NCBI RefSeq assembly: GCF_018350175.1
Contig: NC_058368.1
Location: 136,650,001-136,714,000 of the forward strand
Reading direction: 5' to 3'
DNA from: Felis catus
Taxonomy: Eukaryota
Length of the DNA: 64,000 nt
Shown here: positions 26,195-35,400 of the stretch, piece after piece
Numbering within the stretch: position 1 is the stretch's first letter
Layout: every line of letters starts with the position of its first letter
Notes under the pieces: model-generated
What the model saw: the letters and a program-made list of their open reading frames with translations, nothing else
Databases searched by the model: none
Told to the model about the DNA's origin: nothing
Program-made: the position numbers and the translations under genes

Positions 26195-26640
26195 CCAGCT
26201 AGCAAGATCATAACTTGTGGCAAAAAAAGAAATCACAATGAAATTAGAAAATATGAAGTGAATATGATGAAAACACTACAAATCAAAATGTATAGGGTGC
26301 AGCCAAGGCAGGACTTAGACATGTATCGTCTTTACTGCATATATCAGAAAAGAAGAAAAATTGAGAATCAGTTGTCTGAGCTTCTCAAGAGGCTAAAATA
26401 GGAAGTAAAATAAAACCCAAAGAAATTAGAAGGAGTGAAATAGGACAGCTAAGAACAGAATGAATGAAAATACATATCCACGTACATACAATAGGAAATG
26501 ATTAGTAACATCAAATGTAGGGTTTTCTTTGTAAAGATAATCAAAACTGATAACCCCCTAGCAAGAATGAACAAGAAAAAAAAAAAAAAAAGAAAATACA
26601 GACTACCAAGATGAGAAATGTAAAAGAGACCTTAAGGCCA
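26195..26640 (+). mobile_element. Internal L1 ORF2 fragment (post-endonuclease region) inside a MIR
   Basis: Degenerate EIRKY...NTT.Q...AAKA...YIRKEE...FF.KI.K.D.PLAR motifs; MIR halves at ~26065-26194 and ~26641-26750. Confidence 0.75.
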
Positions 26641-27173
26641 TGAAAATGATGAATAACAATACCAATTTCTTAAGAAGTTTGTGAGAATTCACTGAAGCAA
26701 TATACTTGAACTACCTAGCACAATAACCTGGCTTGCAGAAACTACTCATGTCCCAGTTTGCTTGACAACAGAGTACAAGTCACTGGTACACTTTGATTGA
26801 GCCCATGATCTCTACTGGGCACTGAGTTGATGGTTATGTGTGAGTGTCAAGGGATAGATGTGGTTCTAGCCTCCTTAGAGCAGAGAGTCCAGTGGTGAAG
26901 ACAGATGAATTTTTTAAATTGCATATAAAAGTATGAAATTACATTGATGACAAGGGCTACAAATAAGAAGTGGAGCATGTTGCTGAGTGGTATAAGTGCG
27001 CATAAAACGGTTAACTGACCTAGTAAGGAAGGTCAAGGAAGGCTTTCCTAAGGAGGTGAGAGTTGAGATGCCAAATACAGGGCAAACAGACATTAACTAG
27101 TGAAGTTAACCACTAAGTTCTCTAGGCCAGTAAAAGAGAGCAAAAGTTCCTGCTTTTAGAAGTAGTGTGCTCT

Positions 27174-27336
27174 GGGGTGCCTGGGTGGCTCGGTTGAGCG
27201 TCCGACTTAGGCTTAGGTCATGATCTCGCGGTTCGTGGGTTTGAGCCCTGCACGTTGGGGCTCTGTGCTGACAGCCTGCTTCAGATTCTGTGTCTCTCTC
27301 AATGTCTGTCCCTCCTCCATTCACACTCTCTGAAAA

Positions 27337-27376
<40 letters not shown>

Positions 27377-27617
27377 CAAAATAATAAAATTAAGAAAGAA
27401 GGAGCATGCTCTGGGGACATGGGTGGCTCAGTCGGTTGAGCATCTGACTCTTGATTTCAGCTCAGGTCATGATCTCATGGTAGCGAGATGGAGCCCCACG
27501 TTGGGTTCCAGGCTGGGCATGGAGCTTGCTGAAGAGTCTCTCTCTCTCCCTCTACTGCGTGTGTGCTCTTTCTCTCTCTAAAATCAAAGCAAAACAAAAA
27601 CCAAAGTTAGAAAAAAA
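27174..27617 (+). mobile_element. Two tandem CanSINEs (27174-27396 with a (TAAA)n tail; 27413-27617)
   Basis: Two SINE heads and three copies of a 16-bp target sequence. Confidence 0.9.
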
Positions 27618-28199
27618 GGAAGTAGCATGCTCTGATATTATGTCATGTAGGTGAGGCTGGAAAGTAAGGATGAGGGGGCAGCTAGATAAAGCTGGGTGTA
27701 TAAACAGGGGCCAGACTTTGTGGGACCTTGCAGGCCATGCTAGGGAGTTTGATCTTTATTCCAAAAACAATACGGAGCCACTTGAGAGTTTCAGGTAGGG
27801 GTGAGTAACATGACTGGATCAGAAGAGCTCACCCTCCATGGTGTGAAGATGGTTGGATGAAGGTCCCATTAGATATACTGATGCAAGTCAGGTGACCATT
27901 GCTACCGCACAGGACAAAACAACAGTCATAACTAGTGTTTATAATACAAATTAAACTGGAAATGGCTCAACGATGCCAATCAATAGTGGACTGGTTAAAT
28001 AAATTATAGTAAATAAAGACAATGGGTTACCATGCAGCTACAAAAGGGATGAGATGTATTCATCTCTGCTGTCGTGAACATATCTCCAGGATATGTTGTT
28101 AAGTGAAAATAGCAAAACAGAAAAGTTGTGTGTATATATGCTGTTTATCTAAAAGAGGTAGGAAGGATATATATACATATATGCATATATATATTAGCA

Positions 28200-28388
28200 T
28201 TTTTAATCTTTTTAAATGTTTATTTATTTTTGAGAGACAGAGACAGAGAGCCAGCGGTGGAGGGGCAGAGAGAGAGGGAGACACAGAATCCCTCCAACTT
28301 GTCACAGAGCCCAATTCAGGGCTCAAACTCACAAACTGTGAGATCACGACTTGAAGTTGGACACTCAACCGAGCCACCCAGGCGCCCC
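28200..28388 (-). mobile_element. CanSINE
   Basis: Reverse-complement SINE ending gccacccaggcgcccc; TSD tagcattttt. Confidence 0.9.
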
Positions 28389-28622
28389 TATAATAGCATT
28401 TTTAAAAATGGAAATCTAAACCTGGGGAAAAAGTTATAGGGGGAGAAGGAGGGGGGAAGGGCAGGAGAAAGAGAGGCTGAAGTTCTCTGAATACAAATTG
28501 TTTTGTAGATTTGATTTTGGGACCAAATATTTTAAATATTTATAAAGCAAAATTAAGTATAAAAATCAATTCATAAAAAGCAAAACCAAAACAAAACAAA
28601 TAAATCCAATTATATGCTGAGT

Positions 28623-28685
28623 TAGTGCCATAATCATATAAAAAGGAATTAATTGACGTGACTTTAAAACTGCCTGGCTTTGCGA
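28623..28685 (+). repeat. Donor arm of a 63-bp inverted duplication
   Basis: Reverse complement matches 29318-29380 at 59/63. Confidence 0.92.
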
Positions 28686-28708
28686 TTTAGCTAATAACAA
28701 AGAAAATT

Positions 28709-28741
<33 letters not shown>

Positions 28742-29190
28742 CACAACACCCTAAACTGCTTTTAACATTTTTATTGTTATTCTGAGACTATTGTGTATGA
28801 ATGACTTCAGAAACCAATTTCTAACCTGAACACTACTACCTCTCACAATGAGAGTAGGTTGGACAGGCGTGCTGATAATAGAGAGAAGCGGATGGATTGA
28901 AGATATACTGAGGAGGTAACACTGACCAGACTTCATGCTAACTTGTACATGGGACTAGGGTTCAGGGAGGAGTCTCAGACACCTGTGAGGTTTCTGGCTT
29001 GCATCATAGGAGAGATGGAGATACTATTCACTGAAATAGGAAATGTGAGAGGATTAGGCTTGAAAGGCAAAGATGATTTTGGTTTGGAGCATGTGAAGTC
29101 TGAGGTATCTTTGGGACATCCAGGTGATGACAGGTGTCAACAGGTAACAGGCACTCTTCTATGTTAGTTTTCCCCATTTACCTCCTCAGA

Positions 29191-29461
29191 ACTATATATA
29201 TATATAATATATAACTATATATATACATATATATAGTTATATATGTACATATAAATTATATACATATATATAGTTACATATATACATACATATATATATA
29301 CACACACACATATATAGTCGCAAAGCTTTGCAGTTTTAAAGTCACATCAATTAATTCCTTTTTATATGATTATGGCACTATATATATAGTTTTATATATA
29401 TATACATATATATGTATACATATATATGTATATATATATACACATATGTATATATATATAA
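29191..29461. repeat. Compound (TA)n/(CA)n microsatellite containing the 63-bp inverted insert (29318-29380)
   Basis: Read directly from the sequence. Confidence 0.92.
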
Positions 29462-29569
29462 GAGATGGGGAAGCGTGGGACTACTTTTCTAGTTTGTACT
29501 GATACTTAACATTCTATTCCCATTTCAGAGGTGTTGTTATTTATGCCCAACTTGATGTCACCTGCACAT

Positions 29570-29768
29570 TTAAAAAATGTTTATTTAATTTTGAGAGAGA
29601 GAGATGGAGAGAGAGAGAGAGAGGCAGAGAGAGAGAGGGAGACAGAGAATTCAAAGCAGGCTCTGCTATGTGAGCACAGAGCCTAATGTGGGGCTTGAAC
29701 TCACGAACTGTGAGATCATGACATGAGCCGAAATCAGACGCTTAACTGACTGAGCCATCCAGGTGCCC
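29570..29768 (-). mobile_element. CanSINE
   Basis: Reverse-complement SINE; TSD tcacct(g/a)cacatt. Confidence 0.9.
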
Positions 29769-31152
29769 TTCACCTACACATTTTGTGAGAATGCTTTTAC
29801 TCCATTGTCCAGCAAACTGGGACAAAACAGGCGTATTCATCAACCATGCTTTGAATGCTTATTAGTCCAATCACTGTATTAGGTACTTACACATTGTATC
29901 ATTTACACCTTTCTTACAAAGTTACTCACACATTTATAAAGATATTATTCTCCCAGTATATTAATGAAGAGGCTGAAGATCAAGAATAAGTCACTTGCCC
30001 AAAGTTACAAAGCTGTACAGTAGCAGTCAGCATCTCTAGTCTGTTTTCTGGCATTATATTTCTATTTTTCAAAGTCTGGGCAATGACTTCGGTGGTTCGT
30101 GGTCATGGCATTTAATTGCACTGACTCACACAGTAAGAAAGGTCTTCTGTTATTTCCATCCAACCTTCTGTTATGACATGGAGAACAACTCAGTTAGGTG
30201 GTTATGTGTCGTAACACCGCTCTAACACTTGTTAATCTCTGTCGTGAACCTAGAGAGAGCACACCTCCGCGTCAGAGTCTTCAGCAAATAACAGCGTAGA
30301 GCAGAAATTACATTACATTATTTTCATTATGTTTATGCTTAGGGATACCTTCTACTTATAAGTGTTATTAGTGTTTCCATTTATTTAGCAGTAAAGAATT
30401 TCACTAAAAAATAAATCTAAATAAAAGGAATAGACCTACCGATATCACACAAATAAAAGTAAATGGTGGTTCAGAGAAAGGGAGGTCATTAGATGCCAGC
30501 GGACTCTGGGAAACAATGCTCCTTACCAGAACTCATCACCCAATTATGGGCTTTGGTGCTGGCCTTACCTCTCTAACAGAAATTGAATGCCTCCTCTCGA
30601 CCAAGAAGTAATCTGTTACTACCTCACTTGGGAACTCTTTGTCACTGTTCACTGGTGAATGTGGCTCACCAGTGAGCTTGTCACAGACCTCAACTGCTAT
30701 GGGCCAGATGGTATCTTATTCCCCATTGATCAGACTGGCATGTAGAAAGGAATCATGACGTTTGGCTGCCTACCATGTCTCCCATGCCAGGGTTTCAGGA
30801 AAGAGCTAAAAGCAAAGAGTATATTGCCGATAAGTCATGGTGGTTAATAGGTAAGACAATGGGCTAATTTGGAAATCTTAGTCTATCCAGGTGTTTTTTT
30901 TTTTTTTTACGAATACGCTTTCTAGTATTAAAAACTATACTGACTAGTCTAATTTCCACCCACTCCTCTTTCTTAAGCCTCTAATCCCTCAGTTTTTTAT
31001 GGTAGGTAGATTTTGTCCCTTCTTCACCACCTTGACCCCTTTCTTGGGACAGAAGCTATATTCAGTAGATCTGTGGGAAATGATTGTGGATGGGCTGCCT
31101 TTAAGCATTTTAATGTGTTCTAAACACAAAGGCAATAAAAATTCCCAATGCA

Positions 31153-31178
31153 ATATATATATATATATATATATATAT
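31153..31178. repeat. (AT)13 microsatellite
   Basis: Read directly from the sequence. Confidence 0.9.
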
Positions 31179-31399
31179 TTAAAGATATCCTTGTCACATG
31201 AAATAATTTTGCCTGTGTGTTCCCTAGGGAACTGAAAAGTACATAATAGTCACTGTAATCCTGCTGGGGTAGAGACAGTATCTTCTCTTTATTCTTTGTT
31301 ATGCCTGATGCTATCTGTTCAGTATATAAAGAAAAGAAATCTGTATCTAGAAAAAAATGCATCTGTAGTCCTCTCATTTCCCGGGGTACCACGAAGCCA

Positions 31400-31402
<3 letters not shown>

Positions 31403-31454
<52 letters not shown>
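31403..31454. repeat. Pure T52 homopolymer
   Basis: Read directly from the sequence. Confidence 0.95.
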
Positions 31455-31457
<3 letters not shown>

Positions 31458-31941
31458 ATTGGGACTTGGCAGACCAGTGTCCAAAGCCTGAACAATATTA
31501 GGCATCGGTTTGCATTTTTGATGGATTCAGTCAAGGTGGTAAATATTGGTAACTATGTCTTCTCAAGTCCACAAGGTCAAAGAAAAGACAGGTTCCATCT
31601 TCTTGGGCGGGGTACCCTCAGCACTATACCCGCTGTACAATCACAGCACCTGAGAATCTGGTTTCATCACAGGCGGGGACACTAGTCAGAGGCCTGACTT
31701 GTGCACCTCGCACAAGGTAAATCTCCCCACGATGAAAATGGAAATCCAAGCGGGGTGGGTGGGTGCCTGCAGGCAGCAATGGGTGTGTGGGGGGTGTAAG
31801 AGGGGTGGTGTTTTTTCTCCCTTCACAGCCGCAGCAGGGGCCCTTCGGGCCCCCCAGGCCCTTGACTCGCGGCCCTGCCCCGACCATTGTCCGCACACCT
31901 CTTCCCTCCAGCTTCCGGGCCGCGGGCGAGTTGATTTGCTG

Positions 31942-32040
31942 CAGATGACATCAGCCTTGGGCCAACGGCTGGAAGAGCGGAGGCAGCCACCGCGTGAGGA
32001 TGTGCCGGGTGGTCCTTTCCTCCTCCTCTTCCTCCTCCTC
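31942..32040 (+). promoter_or_regulatory. MAP1B: Proximal promoter elements: E-box CAGATG overlapping CRE-like TGACATCA, and a TCC-repeat tract
   Basis: CAGATG 31942-31947; TGACATCA 31946-31953 (one mismatch to TGACGTCA); tcctttcctcctcctcttcctcctcctc 32013-32040; CRE and TCC elements are recalled as described for the rodent MAP1B promoter. Confidence 0.55.
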
Positions 32041-32062
32041 CCGGCTCCGAGCCTAGTCTCCA

Positions 32063-32069
32063 TATAAAA
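32063..32069 (+). promoter_or_regulatory. MAP1B: TATA box (TATAAAA); predicted TSS near 32093-32100
   Basis: caTATAAAAgcggcg in GC-rich context, 220 nt upstream of the ATG. Confidence 0.8.
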
Positions 32070-32125
32070 GCGGCGCCGCCTCCCCGCCCTCTCACACTCC
32101 CCGCTCCTCTCCGCCGCGCTCTCTA

Positions 32126-32189
32126 GGAGAGGGCGGAGGGGGAGGCGGCGCGCAGCGCCAGGAGGAGGGGTACGCAGGGGGCGGAGCGG
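32126..32189 (+). other. MAP1B: G-rich 5'UTR segment able to form an RNA G-quadruplex
   Basis: ggagagggcggagggggaggcgg followed by ggaggaggggtacgcagggggcggagcgg; MAP1B mRNA is an established FMRP target via a G-quartet element. Confidence 0.6.
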
Positions 32190-32282
32190 AGACAGCACCT
32201 TCGGAGATAATCCTTTCTCCTGCCGCAGAGGAGAGGAGCGGCGGCAGCGGGACACTTCGCCGAGGCATAGCGGGCCGGCAGG

Positions 32283-32466
32283 ATGGCGACCGTGGTGGTG
32301 GAAGCCGCCGAGCCGGAGCCGTCCGGCAGCATTGCCAACCCGGCGGCATCCACCTCGCCCAGCCTGTCGCATCGCTTCCTCGACAGCAAGTTCTACCTGC
32401 TGGTGGTCGTCGGCGAAATCGTGACCGAAGAGCACCTACGGCGCGCCATCGGCAACATCGAACTCG
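32283..32466 (+). CDS. MAP1B: MAP1B coding exon 1 (184 nt, 61 codons + 1 nt, ends phase 1)
   Basis: Translates MATVVVEAAEPEPSGSIANPAASTSPSLSHRFLDSKFYLLVVVGEIVTEEHLRRAIGNIEL, the recognised MAP1B N-terminus; strong Kozak context (gcaggATGG); donor CTCG|gtaaga at 32466/32467; lies in a CpG island. Confidence 0.97.
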
Positions 32467-35400
32467 GTAAGAGGCCCTGCGTCCCCAGGGGACGCGCTCG
32501 AGGAGACTGGCAAACGCGACCCCACCCAGGGCGCGACGGCTGCCCTCCTCTTTAGGCGCGCCCCGCACCCACACCTCTCCCCGCTACCTCCTGCACTCGG
32601 TCCAGACTCCTTCCTGGGCTCATTTCGGAGAATAATGCGAATTATTAGATTTGAGACCCAGTGGGAGAGTCTCTTCTAACCTTGAGGGATATGTCATCAG
32701 GCTTGGTCTGCAGATACTGGCTGGCCACCGCCTCTCCAGCTAAATGAAATGCAGGTGACAGAGGAGCGGCGGCCACAATAAAGCCCAAACCGTAGGGAGC
32801 AAACGGGAGTGGGGAGTTGATGCAAACACCCCGTTCAGTCCTCCTCTGTCCCCCGCAAAATGTTGGGTGTCCCCTCTTCCCCTTGCCGGCAGACCCGAGG
32901 CTGAAGCACCATGTGCCAGGGCCCGCATGGGAATCATCTTCACCACAGCCACCTCAGCCCCCGAGAAATGCCTTTTCTGGCTTAAAACCTCCCGATTTGT
33001 TCTTTCCTTGCAATGACTAGGCTAGTCCTGGGGCCACGCCCGCTTCCCCCCCCCCCCCCCCGCGCTTCACCCGGGACGCAGAGATGGAGAACCTCCTGCC
33101 TCCTGCGCTTGATTCCCAGACGGCGCCCGCCTCGCTACTGCCCCTGGGATCCTGGTTGCAGCTTTCAGAAAGGACAATGGGACCCCAAGTTGCGGGGTGG
33201 GGCTTCTTTCAAAAGTCTCAGCCTTGGTAGTGATGGCTCAGGGGGAAGGCGGGGTGGGGGGGGGGGGGTGGTTAGCGGGTAGGGCCAGTGCCTCGCCCGG
33301 TGCGCGCACTAGGAGCGCGCTCTGCAGAGGCCGAATAGCGGTTCGCCTAGAACCCTGGGCGGGGCCGTGAGGGCCCGCCGGGCGCAGCCTCGGGCGCGCT
33401 GACCGACCCGCCCCCCAGCCCCACCCGGGCTGCCGCAGTACCCCCATCCGCTCGCCGCACCTGCCCCCCGCACTGCGGCGCCCCCGTCGGGCGCGGTCCG
33501 CCTGGTGTGCGCTCTGCCGGGGCCTTGGGCTTGCTGCTGCGCACCCCCACCTCTCCGTCAGCCCGGCTTTGTTGCGCTCGAAGCCCCCCCCTCCCTTCCC
33601 CGAGCAGGGCGCTCTGGTCTCTGCCTCCCCCCCCCAGTGTCCCGGACCTCCCCTCGCCGCTGACAGAGGTCGCCAGGTCCCTGCGCAGCCCCAGCCCGCG
33701 CTCTATTCTCTTGGGGTGGTGCTGAAGCGTTTCTGCCTGGAGACACCGGCTGGTGGGCGTGGTGCAGTCCGCACTGCGGTCTCTACGGCAGCCCGAGGCG
33801 GACAAAGGGCGTTCACGCAGCCCTCGATCCCCGCTCCCGGCGCACCCCCACCCCATAAAAGACGAAAGGAAGACCTTATTTTCGATGAAAAAAATAACGC
33901 TTGTTTTCTGCCTCTGCATTTGGAAACGGCCCCTTGTCCCCAGAACAAAAGGCTGCAGGGTGGGGACTGGAGTTGCAGACCTGGGTCTTTTGTTTAACTT
34001 TAAAGCACTGATTTTTTTCCTTCCAGCTTAAAAAAAAAAAAAAAAAAAAAAAAAGCAGAATGCAGTCGTGTTATTTTATTCGAAAAAAAATTTCAAGAAG
34101 AGATTTCAATAGTGAAATGCCTTCTTTGAGCATCTCAAAAACCCTTCATTTTCAAACGTTAGGCCTTTAATCTGATCTTAGTTTGGTTGCACGTTTTCTC
34201 CTTGGAAATTTCCTACGTACCGTCTTTGGGTGTGGCTGCTCTATGAATCAATGACTTGGGATTAAAAACAATTACTGTCCACACCATTGCCGCGGAATCA
34301 TAATACGTTAGGAGGGGCTTTGCTATCTGTAAGATTTTCATAACCTCCCGATGTGGTGCCAGGAGAGGCACCGTCACCCCCATTTTAGAGATGGGGACCC
34401 AGAGAGGCAGGACGGATAAGAAGACCCGCTCAAGGTCACATCATTCATAAGTGACAGAAGTGCCAGCACGGCACCGTTACTGTTGTTCTGGGCCTGTCAT
34501 GATGTTAGTGCAGGGCAGGGTAACATCAGAGGACGATCAAACACGGGTTTTCCCAGCTTGTCTTTGTACGGTCATCCACTTGTGGGCAGCGCCCCGTGCA
34601 GCGAGGTGTTTTAGCAATCACCTTCCGCCGCTGTTATCTTCCTGCTTTGTTATTCTGCTGGTCACCCTTTCAGTACCCCATTTTTCAGGGGGTTTATTCA
34701 GTCCTCTTCTGTTTGAGGAGAAAATTGATGTCTCCAAGTACTGCCATGAAGTGCTCTCTGTCTTTACCCCTTTTCGTACAACTAGCATGCAGTCATAAAG
34801 TTCAGATTTGTCTTTTTGACATTAAAATAAAAAAATATTGAAATAAAAATAGAGGAAAAGTCACCGATCGTAGATGAGGGGCCTAGTGAATTTTCACAAA
34901 ATGAACACACCCATGTTATCTAGATGGAGAAATGGACATTACTGGCATCCCAGAAGCCTCCTCATGTTCCCTTCTCAATCACCATGCCTTCCTGATTTTT
35001 AATTCCCTAATTTGGTCAGGTTTTTGCACAAAACTCCAAAATGGCTGTATTGATCCCATTAACAATCAATCAAGCCGGGGGGAGCAGAGCCATTTCCTCA
35101 CATGTGGGAGCAGATGCTGCTTTTCCTCTGGAGATTGCTCTCCTGGGTCCTGGGATCCCGGATGCAGCTCGAGCTACAGGGCCTCGTGGTACTAAGTGAC
35201 ACTGCTCCCCTAGCTTTTCAGACGGGCTGGGATGACTTAGCAACAGGGCAGGCTGGCTCTGTTTCCCTGTGCCTGACACGCTGCTGCCTCCGCCTGCGGA
35301 TCCCAGCTGGGCCTCCTCCAGAGGTCACTCTGATTCCACTGCTATTGTCGCTGGTGCCCGCGGGCCAGGGCCAGGTTGTGAGAAGCGCGATGGAGATGCT

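Larger units (their letters stand above)
27935..28700 (+). mobile_element. Old L1MC-like 3' end, interrupted by a CanSINE
   Basis: aaactggaaa...atgccaatcaatagtggactggttaaataaattat...tctccaggatatgttgttaagtgaaaatagcaa. Confidence 0.65.
31830..33870. promoter_or_regulatory. MAP1B: CpG island over the MAP1B promoter, exon 1 and proximal intron 1 (two lobes, ~31830-32600 and ~33030-33870)
   Basis: Visibly GC-rich with dense CpG and GC boxes, unlike the AT-rich CpG-poor flanks. Confidence 0.9.

Noticed and set aside
32192..32211. RE1/NRSE-like cagcaccttcggagat in the 5'UTR, and GATAAT as a possible second TATA element
   Set aside because: Wrong half-site spacing and poor right half for REST; second TATA cannot be supported from sequence alone
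32467..32555. ORF-track continuation of exon 1 (KRPCVPRG...)
   Set aside because: Read-through past the splice donor; the MAP1B frame continues in exon 2
31686..32574. Long antisense ORFs (249 aa, 160 aa) over the promoter and exon 1
   Set aside because: Non-ATG starts, Arg/Pro/Gly-rich low complexity, expected from stop-codon scarcity in a CpG island; no recognisable domain
33013..34031. Overlapping ORFs of 60-190 aa in the intron 1 CpG lobe
   Set aside because: GC-rich artefacts on both strands with no homology signal
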